From NCBI RefSeq assembly GCF_009914755.1, contig NC_060948.1: a stretch of DNA of 64,000 nucleotides; one strand, given 5' to 3'. The notes beneath the pieces were generated by a model. That model made no database searches. It saw only the letters and a program-made list of their open reading frames with translations, and had not been told where the DNA came from. This document shows, piece by piece, positions 1 to 10,751 of this stretch (its first letter is position 1; each line of letters begins with the position of its first letter). The stretch comes from the human T2T-CHM13v2.0 reference genome, Homo sapiens. A program made the translations under genes and the position numbers.

Positions 1-1396
1 ACGGAATGGAATAAAATGGAAGAAAACTGGCAAGAAATGGAATCGAAATGAATGGAGTGTTATGGAACGGACTCAAAAGGAATTGAATGTAATAGAATGG
101 AGTGGAGTGGACTCGAATATAATGGACTGGAATGGAATGAAATCACATGGAATGGGAACGAATGGAATGGAATGGAAAGGAATGGAATCGAATGGAAAGG
201 AATCGAATGGAAGGGAATGAAATTGAATCAACAGGAATGGAAGGGAATAGAATAGACGGTAATGGAATGGACTCGAATAGAATGGACACGAATGCTCAAA
301 TTGAATGGACTCGAATGGAATGGAAACGAAAGGAATGTCATCGAATGGAATTGAATCGATTGGAATGAAATCGCATAGAATGGAGTGGAATCAAATGGAA
401 TTGAATCGAAAGGAAAGGAAGCGAATGGACTGAAATGAAATGGAATGGAATTGAATGGAAAGTAATGCAATGGAATAGAATGGAACGAAATTTCACGGAA
501 TGGAATCAAACTGAATGGAATCAAATCAATGGAATCCAATCAAATGGAATGGAGTAGATTGGATTGAATGGGATTGGAATGAAATGTACTGGAAAGGACT
601 CGAATTTCATGAAACGGAATGGAATGAATTGGAACGGAATGGACTCGAATGGAATGGAATGTCATAGAATGGCATCAAATGGAATGGCATCAAATGGAAT
701 GGAATCGAATGCAATGGAATGCTATGGAATGGAATGGAATGCATTGGAATGGAATGTCCTCTAATGGAATGGATTCGAGTGGAATGGAATCGAATATAAT
801 GGAGTCGAATGAAATGGAATTGAAAGGAATGGGATCGAATACAATGGAATATACTGGAATGTAATGTAATTAACTGGAATGTAATTGAATGGAATGGAAT
901 GTACATGAATGGAATGTAATCGAATGGAAAGTAATCCAATGGAATAGAATCTAATGCAATAAAATCGACTCAGATAGGGTAGAATGTAATGGAATGGAGT
1001 GCAGTGCAATGGAATGGAATGGAATGGAATGCAATGGAATGGAATGGAATGGAATGGAATGGAATGGAATGGGATGGAATGGTATGGAATGGATAGTAAT
1101 GGACTGGAGTGAAATGGACTGGAAAGGAATGGACTCAAATTGAAAGGGCTCGAAAGGAATGGAGTCAAATGGAATGGTCTGGAATGGAATGAACACGAAT
1201 GTAATGCAACCCAATAGAATGGAATCGAATGGCATGGAATATAAAGAAATGGAATCGAAGAGAATGGAAACAAATGGAATGGAATTGAATGGAATGGAAT
1301 TGAATGGAATGGGAACGAATGGAGTGAAATTGTATGCAGTAGAATGGAATAGAATGGAATGCAAGCGAAAGGAAAGGAATGGATTGGAATGGAATG

Positions 1397-1440
1397 GAAT
1401 TCATTGGAATGGAAGGGAATGTAGTGTAATGGACAGGCCT
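1397..1440. other. Conserved EcoRI (GAATTC, 1397-1402) and StuI/HaeIII (AGGCCT, 1435-1440) landmark, recurring in every unit
   Basis: Read directly at the same position in each unit. It would give the classical ~3.5-kb male-specific HaeIII/EcoRI band of DYZ1. Confidence 0.9.
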
Positions 1441-1810
1441 GGAATAAAGTGGAATGCTACGGTCTCGAATGGAATAAAAATGTATGGAATGGAATGCAAT
1501 GAAACGGAATCGAATGTCATAGAATGTAATGGAATGCAAAAAAATGGAATCCAAAATCATTGACTGGAAAGGCTGGGTGTCGAAAGGAATTGACTCCAAT
1601 GGAATGGAATCGAATGGAATGGAAGTGAATAGAATCGAACTAAATCGAATGGAATGGAATTGATAGGAACGGAATGGAAAGGAATGCAATGATTTGGCAT
1701 GGAATGGAATCGAATGGCATCGAATGGAATGGAATGGAATGCAATGGAATGGAATGTATTAGAATGTAATGAACATTAATGGAAGGTACTCGAATGGATT
1801 CGACTGGAAT

Positions 1811-1825
1811 GGAATGTTCTGGAAG
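1811..1825. promoter_or_regulatory. Perfect heat-shock element consensus match gGAAtgTTCtgGAAg (example from unit 1; recurs in each unit)
   Basis: Exact nGAAnnTTCnnGAAn match. Binding is not shown by sequence alone. Confidence 0.45.
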
Positions 1826-2089
1826 TGAATGGACTCCAATGGAATGGATTCGAAAGGAATGGAATCGAACGGAATGGATTCTAATGGAATGGAATTAAAT
1901 GGAAATGAGTCAAATTGAATAGCACGGAATTGAATTGAATGGAATCGAATGCAATGGAATCTAATGAAACGGAAAGGAAAGAATGGAATGGAATAGAATG
2001 GGCTGGAATGGAAAGGAATCGAAACGAATGGAATGGAATCGAACTGAAGAGACTGGAATGGAATGCACTGGAATGGAAGGGAGTGTAAT

Positions 2090-2104
2090 GGAAGGTTCTC
2101 GAAA
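2090..2104. promoter_or_regulatory. Perfect heat-shock element consensus match gGAAggTTCtcGAAa (example from unit 1; recurs in each unit)
   Basis: Exact nGAAnnTTCnnGAAn match. Binding is not shown by sequence alone. Confidence 0.45.
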
Positions 2105-3130
2105 AAAATGGAATCGAATGGAATGGAATTGAATGGAAAAGAATAGAGTCGAACGGAATTGAATGGAATCGAATGGACTAGAGTGAAATGGAATCGAACC
2201 ACAAGGAATGGACAGGAATAGAATGGTCTCGAATTGAATGGAATCGTATGGAATGGCATCAAACGGAATGGAATGGACAGCCACGGAATGGAATGCACTC
2301 GAATGCAATGGAGTCGAAACTAATGGACTGGAATAGAATGGACTCGACTGGTACGGACTCCAATGGAATGGAATCGAATGGAAGGGAATCGAACGGAAGG
2401 GAATCGGACGGAATGGACTCGAAGAGAAAAGACTGCAATGGAAAGGTCTCGAATGGAATGGAAATTAATGGAATGGAATGGAATCGAATGAAATGGAGTC
2501 AAAAGGAATGGAATCGAATGGCAAGAAATCGAATGTAATGGAATCGCAAGGAATTGATGTGAACGGAACGGAATGGAATGGAATCCAAAGGAATGGAATA
2601 GAATGGAATGGAATCGAATGGAAAGGACTCCAATGGAAATCACTCGAATAGAATGCAATTTAATAAAATAGGATCAAATGTAATGGAATGGAATGGAAAG
2701 GAATCGAAACGAAAGGAATGGAGACAGATGGAATGGAATGGAACAGAGAGCAATGGTATAGAATGGAATGGAATCATCTGGAATGGAATTGAATGGAATG
2801 GAATAATATGAAATGGAATGGAATGGAATGGAATGGAATGCCCTTGAATTAAATGGACTGGAATGGAATGGACTCAAACAGAGTGGAATGGAAAGTGTTG
2901 AGATAGAATGGAATGAACTTCTTTGGAATGGTCTAGTAGGCAATGCAATCGATTGGCAGGGAATCAAAAGGAATGTAATCGAATGGATTGGACTGGAATG
3001 CAATGGACTCGAATAGATTGGAAACGGAATGCAAAGGAATGGAATGGAATAGTATGGAATGGAATGAAAAGGAATGGAGTGGAATAGACTAGAGTGGAAT
3101 GGAATGGACTGGAAAGCAATGGACTGGAAT

Positions 3131-3145
3131 GGAACTTTCTTGAAT
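3131..3145. promoter_or_regulatory. Perfect heat-shock element consensus match gGAActTTCttGAAt (example from unit 1; disrupted in some units)
   Basis: Exact nGAAnnTTCnnGAAn match. Altered to ...ttcttggat in units 4, 5, 6, 13 and 17, and to ggatctttct... in units 14 and 18. Confidence 0.4.
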
Positions 3146-3609
3146 GGACTGGAATCAAACGGAATGGAATGCAATGCAATCAAATGGCATGGAATAAAAT
3201 AGAATGAAAGAGAATCAAATGGAATTGAATCGAATGGAATCGAATGGATTGGAAAGGAATAGAATGGAATGGAATGGAATGGACTCAAATGGAATGGACT
3301 AGAATGGAATGGATTCGAATGGAAGGCAAAGGAATGGAATCTATTGGAATGGACTGTAATGGAATGGAATGGAAGGGATTGGAATGGACTCGAATGGAAT
3401 GGACTGCAATAGAAAGGATTCGAATGGAATGAAAAAGAATTGAATGGAATAGAACAGAATGGAAACAAATCGAATGAAATGGAATGGAATAGAAAGGAAT
3501 GGAATGAAATGGAATGGAAAGGATTCGAATGGAATGCAATCGAATGGAATGGAATCGAACGGAATGGAATAAAATGGAAGAAAACTGGCAAGAAATGGAA
3601 TCGAAATGA

Positions 3610-6600
3610 ATGGAGTGTTATGGAACGGACTCAAAAGGAATTGAATGTAATAGAATGGAGTGGAGTGGACTCGAATATAATGGACTGGAATGGAATGAAA
3701 TCACATGGAATGGGAACGAATGGAATGGAATGGAAAGGAATGGAATCGAATGGAAAGGAATCGAATGGAAGGGAATGAAATTGAATCAACAGGAATGGAA
3801 GGGAATAGAATAGACGGTAATGGAATGGACTCGAATAGAATGGACACGAATGCTCAAATTGAATGGACTCGAATGGAATGGAAACGAAAGGAATGTCATC
3901 GAATGGAATTGAATCGATTGGAATGAAATCGCATAGAATGGAGTGGAATCAAATGGAATTGAATCGAAAGGAAAGGAAGCGAATGGACTGAAATGAAATG
4001 GAATGGAATTGAATGGAAAGTAATGCAATGGAATAGAATGGAACGAAATTTCACGGAATGGAATCAAACTGAATGGAATCAAATCAATGGAATCAAATCA
4101 AATGGAATGGAAAGGAATTGAATGGAGTAGATTGGATTGGATGGGATTGGAATGAAATGTACTGGAAAGGACTCGAATTTCATGAAACGGAATGGAATGA
4201 ATTGGAACGGAATGGACTCGAATGGAATGGAATGTCATGGAATGGCATCAAATGGAATGGCATCAAATGGAATGGAATCGAATGCAATGGAATGCTATGG
4301 AATGGAATGGAATGCATTGGAATGGAATGTCCTCTAATGGAATGGATTCGAGTGGAATGGAATCGAATATAATGGAGTCGAATGAAATGGAATTGAAAGG
4401 AATGGGATCGAATACAATGGAATATACTGGAATGTAATGTAATGAACTCGAATGTAATTGACTGGAATGGAATGTAATCGAATGGAAAGTAATCCAATGG
4501 AATAGAATCTAATGCAATAAAATCGACTCAGATAGAGTAGAATGTAATGGAATGGAGTGCAGTGCAATGGAATGGAATGGAATGGAATGCAATGGAATGG
4601 AATGGAATGGAATGGAATGGAATGGAATGGAATGGAATGGAATGGGATGGAATGGTATGGAATGGATAGTAATGGACTGGAATGAAATGGACTGGAAAAA
4701 ATGGACTCAAATTGAAAGGGCTCGAAAGGAATGGAGTCAAATGGAATGGTCTGGAAAGGAATGAACACGAATGTAATGCAATCCAATAGAATGGAATCAA
4801 ATGGCATGGAATATAAAGAAATGGAATCGAAGAGAATGGAAACAAATGGAATGGAATTGAATGGAATGGAATTGAATGGAATGGGAACGAATGGAGTGAA
4901 ATTGTATGTAGTAGAAGAGAATAGAATGGAATGCAAGCGAAAGGAAAGGAATGGATTGGAATGGAATGGAATTCATTGGAATGGAAGGGAATGTAGTGTA
5001 ATGGACAGGCCTGGAATAAAGTGGAATGCTACGGTCTCGAATGGAATAAAAATGTATGGAATGGAATGCAATGAAACGGAATCGAATGTCATAGAATGTA
5101 ATGGAATGCAAAAAAATGGAATCCAAAATCATTGACTGGAAAGGCTGGGTGTCGAAAGGAATTGACTCCAATGGAATGGAATCGAATGGAATGGAAGTGA
5201 ATAGAATCGAACTAAATCGAATGGAATGGAATTGATAGGAACGGAATGGAAAGGAATGCAATGATTTGGCATGGAATGGAATCGAATGGCATCGAATGGA
5301 ATGGAATGGAATGCAATGGAATGGAATGTATTAGAATGTAATGAACTTTAATGGAATGTACTCGAATGGATTCGACTGGAATGGAATGTTCTGGAAGTGA
5401 ATGGACTCCAATGGAATGGATTCAAAAGGAATGGAATCGTACGGAATGGAATCTAATGGAATGGAATTAAATGGAAATGAATCAAATTGAATAGCACGGA
5501 ATTGAATTGAATGGAAAGGAATGCAATGGAATCTAATGAAACGGAAAGGAAAGGAATGGAATGGAATGGAATGGACTGGAATGGAAAGGAATCGAAACGA
5601 ATGGAATGGAATCGAACTGAAGAGACTGGAATGGAATGCACTGGAATGGAAGGGAGTGTAATGGAAGGTTCTCGAAAAAAATGGAATCGAATGGAATGGA
5701 ATTGAATGGAACGGAATAGAGTCGAATGGAATTGAATGGAATGGAATGGACTAGAGTGAAATGGAATCGAACCACAAGGAATGGACAGGAATAGAATGGT
5801 CTCGAATTGAATGGAATCGTATGGAATGGCATCAAACGGAATGGAATGGACAGCCACGGAATGGAATGCACTCGAATGCAATGGAGTCGAAACTAATGGA
5901 CTGGAATAGAATGGACTCGACTGGTACGGACTCCAATGGAATGGAATCGAATGGAAGGGAATCGAACGGAATGGAATCGAACGGAATGGACTCGAAGGGA
6001 AAAGACTGCAATGGAAAGGTCTCGAATGGAATGGAAATTAATGGAATGGAATGGAATCGAATGAAATGGAGTCAAAAGGAATGGAATCGAATGGCAAGAA
6101 ATCGAATGTAATGGAATCGCCAGGAATTGATGTGAACGGAACGGAATGGAATGGAATCCAAAGGAATGGAATAGAATGGAATGGAATCGAATGGAAAGGA
6201 CTCCAATGGAAATCACTCGAATAGAATGCAATTTAATAAAATAGGATCAAATGTAATGGAATGGAATGGAAAGGAATCGAAACGAAAGGAATGGAGACAG
6301 ATGGAATGGAATGGAACAGAGAGCAATGGTATAGAATGGAATGGAATCATCTGGAATGGAATTGAATGGAATGGAATAATATGAAATGGAATGGAATGGA
6401 ATGGAATGGAATGCCCTTGAATTAAATGGACTGGAATGGAATGGACTCAAACAGAGTGGAATGGAAAGTGTTGAGATAGAATGGAATGAACTTCTTTGGA
6501 ATGGTCTAGTAGGCAATGCAATCGACTGGCAGGGAATCAAAAGGAATGTAATCGAATAGATTGGACTGGAATGCAATGGACTCGAATAGATTGGAAACGG

Positions 6601-7182
6601 AATGCAAAGGAATGGAATGGAATAGTATGGAATGGAATGGAAAGGAATGGAGTGGAATAGACTAGAGTGGAATGGAATGGACTGGAAAGCAATGGACTGG
6701 AATGGAACTTTCTTGAATGGACTGGAATCAAACGGAATGGAATGCAATGCAATCAAATGGCATGGAATAAAATAGAATGAAAGAGAATCAAATGGAATTG
6801 AATCGAATGGAATCGAATGGATTGGAAAGGAATAGAATGGAATGGAATGGAATTGACTCAAATGGAATGGACTAGAATGGAATGGATTCGAATGGAAGGC
6901 AAAGGAATGGAATCTATTGGAATGGACTGTAATGGAATGGAATGGAAGGGATTGGAATGGACTCGAATGGAATGGACTGCAATAGAAAGGATTCGAATGG
7001 AATGAAAAAGAATTGAATGGAATAGAACAGAATGGAATCTAATCGAATGAAATGGAATGGAATAGAAAGGAATGGAATGAAATGGAATGAAAAGGATTCG
7101 AATGGAATGCAATCGAATGGAATGGAATCGAACGGAATGGAATAAAATGGAAGAAAACTGGCAAGAAATGGAATCGAAATGA
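3610..7182 (+). repeat. Higher-order unit 2 (3573 bp)
   Basis: Landmark spacing. Lacks the 15-bp gtacatgaatggaat, has a 1-bp deletion near 4700 (ggaaaaaatgg) and an extra 15 bp near 5970. Confidence 0.92.
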
Positions 7183-10100
7183 ATGGAGTGTTATGGAACG
7201 GACTCAAAAGGAATTGAATGTAATAGAATGGAGTGGAGTGGACTCGAATATAATGGACTGGAATGGAATGAAATCACATGGAATGGGAACGAATGGAATG
7301 GAATGGAAAGGAATGGAATCGAATGGAAAGGAATCGAATGGAAGGGAATGAAATTGAATCAACAGGAATGGAAGGGAATAGAATAGACGGTAATGGAATG
7401 GACTCGAATAGAATGGACACGAATGCTCAAATTGAATGGACTCGAATGGAATGGAAACGAAAGGAATGTCATCGAATGGAATTGAATCGATTGGAATGAA
7501 ATCGCATAGAATGGAGTGGAATCAAATGGAATTGAATCGAAAGGAAAGGAAGCGAATGGACTGAAATGAAATGGAATGGAATTGAATGGAAAGTAATGCA
7601 ATGGAATAGAATGGAACGAAATTTCACGGAATGGAATCAAACTGAATGGAATCAAATCAATGGAATCAAATCAAATGGAATGGAAAGGAATTGAATGGAG
7701 TAGATTGGATTGGATGGGATTGGAATGAAATGTACTGGAAAGGACTCGAATTTCATGAAACGGAATGGAATGAATTGGAACGGAATGGACTCGAATGGAA
7801 TGGAATGTCATGGAATGGCATCAAATGGAATGGCATCAAATGGAATGGAATCGAATGCAATGGAATGCTATGGAATGGAATGGAATGCATTGGAATGGAA
7901 TGTCCTCTAATGGAATGGATTCGAGTGGAATGGAATCGAATATAATGGAGTCGAATGAAATGGAATTGAAAGGAATGGGATCGAATACAATGGAATATAC
8001 TGGAATGTAATGTAATGAACTCGAATGTAATTGGCTGGAATGGAATGTAATCGAATGGAAAGTAATCCAATGGAATAGAATCTAATGCAATAAAATCGAC
8101 TCAGATAGAGTAGAATGTAATGGAATGGAGTGCAGTGCAATGGAATGGAATGGAATGGAATGCAATGGAATGGAATGGAATGGAATGGAATGGAATGGAA
8201 TGGAATGGAATGGGATGGAATGGTATGGAATGGATAGTAATGGACTGGAATGAAATGGACTGGAAAAGAATGGACTCAAATTGAAAGGGCTCGAAAGGAA
8301 TGGAGTCAAATGGAATGGTCTGGAAAGGAATGAACACGAATGTAATGCAATCCAATAGAATGGAATCAAATGGCATGGAATATAAAGAAATGGAATCGAA
8401 GAGAATGGAAACAAATGGAATGGAATTGAATGGAATGGAATTGAATGGAATGGGAACGAATGGAGTGAAATTCTATGTAGTAGAAGAGAATAGAATGGAA
8501 TGCAAGCGAAAGGAAAGGAATGGATTGGAATGGAATGGAATTCATTGGAATGGAAGGGAATGTAGTGTAATGGACAGGCCTGGAATAAAGTGGAATGCTA
8601 CGGTCTCGAATGGAATAAAAATGTATGGAATGGAATGCAATGAAACGGAATCGAATGTCATAGAATGTAATGGAATGCAAAAAAATGGAATCCAAAATCA
8701 TTGACTGGAAAGGCTGGGTGTCGAAAGGAATTGACTCCAATGGAATGGAATCGAATGGAATGGAAGTGAATAGAATCGAACTAAATCGAATGGAATGGAA
8801 TTGATAGGAACGGAATGGAAAGGAATGCAATGATTTGGCATGGAATGGAATCGAATGGCATCGAATGGAATGGAATGGAATGCAATGGAATGGAATGTAT
8901 TAGAATGTAATGAACTTTAATGGAATGTACTCGAATGGATTCGACTGGAATGGAATGTTCTGGAAGTGAATGGACTCCAATGGAATGGATTCAAAAGGAA
9001 TGGAATCGTACGGAATGGAATCTAATGGAATGGAATTAAATGGAAATGAATCAAATTGAATAGCACGGAATTGAATTGAATGGAAAGGAATGCAATGGAA
9101 TCTAATGAAACGGAAAGGAAAGGAATGGAATGGAATGGAATGGACTGGAATGGAAAGGAATCGAAACGAATGGAATGGAATCGAACTGAAGAGACTGGAA
9201 TGGAATGCACTGGAATGGAAGGGAGTGTAATGGAAGGTTCTCGAAAAAAATGGAATCGAATGGAATGGAATTGAATGGAACGGAATAGAGTCGAATGGAA
9301 TTGAATGGAATGGAATGGACTAGAGTGAAATGGAATCGAACCACAAGGAATGGACAGGAATAGAATGGTCTCGAATTGAATGGAATCGTATGGAATGGCA
9401 TCAAACGGAATGGAATGGACAGCCACGGAATGGAATGCACTCGAATGCAATGGAGTCGAAACTAATGGACTGGAATAGAATGGACTCGACTGGTACGGAC
9501 TCCAATGGAATGGAATCGAATGGAAGGGAATCGAACGGAAGGGAATCGAACGGAATGGACTCGAAGGGAAAAGACTGCAATGGAAAGGTCTCGAATGGAA
9601 TGGAAATTAATGGAATGGAATGGAATCGAATGAAATGGAGTCAAAAGGAATGGAATCGAATGGCAAGAAATCGAATGTAATGGAATCGCAAGGAATTGAT
9701 GTGAACGGAACGGAATGGAATGGAATCCAAAGGAATGGAATAGAATGGAATGGAATCGAATGGAAAGGACTCCAATGGAAATCACTCGAATAGAATGCAA
9801 TTTAATAAAATAGGATCAAATGTAATGGAATGGAATGGAAAGGAATCGAAACGAAAGGAATGGAGACAGATGGAATGGAATGGAACAGAGAGCAATGGTA
9901 TAGAATGGAATGGAATCATCTGGAATGGAATTGAATGGAATGGAATAATATGAAATGGAATGGAATGGAATGGAATGGAATGCCCTTGAATTAAATGGAC
10001 TGGAATGGAATGGACTCAAACAGAGTGGAATGGAAAGTGTTGAGATAGAATGGAATGAACTTCTTTGGAATGGTCTAGTAGGCAATGCAATCGACTGGCA

Positions 10101-10751
10101 GGGAATCAAAAGGAATGTAATCGAATAGATTGGACTGGAATGCAATGGACTCGAATAGATTGGAAACGGAATGCAAAGGAATGGAATGGAATAGTATGGA
10201 ATGGAATGGAAAGGAATGGAGTGGAATAGACTAGAGTGGAATGGAATGGACTGGAAAGCAATGGACTGGAATGGAACTTTCTTGAATGGACTGGAATCAA
10301 ACGGAATGGAATTCAATGCAATCAAATGGCATGGAATAAAATAGAATGAAAGAGAATCTAATGGAATTGAATCGAATGGAATCGAATGGATTGGAAAGGA
10401 ATAGAATGGAATGGAATGGAATTGACTCAAATGGAATGGACTAGAATGGAATGGATTCGAATGGAAGGCAAAGGAATGGAATCTATTGGAATGGACTGTA
10501 ATGGAATGGAATGGAAGGGATTGGAATGGACTCGAATGGAATGGACTGCAATAGAAAGGATTCGAATGGAATGAAAAAGAATTGAATGGAATAGAACAGA
10601 ATGGAATCTAATCGAATGAAATGGAATGGAATAGAAAGGAATGGAATGAAATGGAATGAAAAGGATTCGAATGGAATGCAATCGAATGGAATGGAATCGA
10701 ACGGAATGGAATAAAATGGAAGAAAACTGGCAAGAAATGGAATCGAAATGA
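7183..10751 (+). repeat. Higher-order unit 3 (3569 bp)
   Basis: Landmark spacing. Close sister of unit 2. Extra GAATTC at 10309-10314. Confidence 0.92.

Larger units (their letters stand above)
52..3609 (+). repeat. Higher-order unit 1 (3558 bp; unit phase set arbitrarily at the landmark)
   Basis: Landmark spacing. 15-bp deletion near 550, 1-bp deletion at 1980/1981, extra 15 bp near 2395. Confidence 0.92.

Noticed and set aside
486-615. Additional HSE-like sites cGAAatTTCacGGAa (486-500) and gaatttcatgaa (602-613)
   Set aside because: Each has only two correctly spaced nGAAn units, so they were not counted as full HSEs.
932-942. DUX4-like motif TAATCCAATGG
   Set aside because: It lacks the terminal CA of TAAYYYAATCA and is easily produced by chance in this background.
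1300-1453. Segment bounded by TTGAATGGAATGGGAACGAATGG and GGACAGGCCTGGAATAAAGTGGA, which I recall as classical Y-sexing PCR primer sites
   Set aside because: Supports the DYZ1 identification from memory only and is not a novel or functional feature. The first site is mutated (aatgtgaacg) in units 5 and 6.
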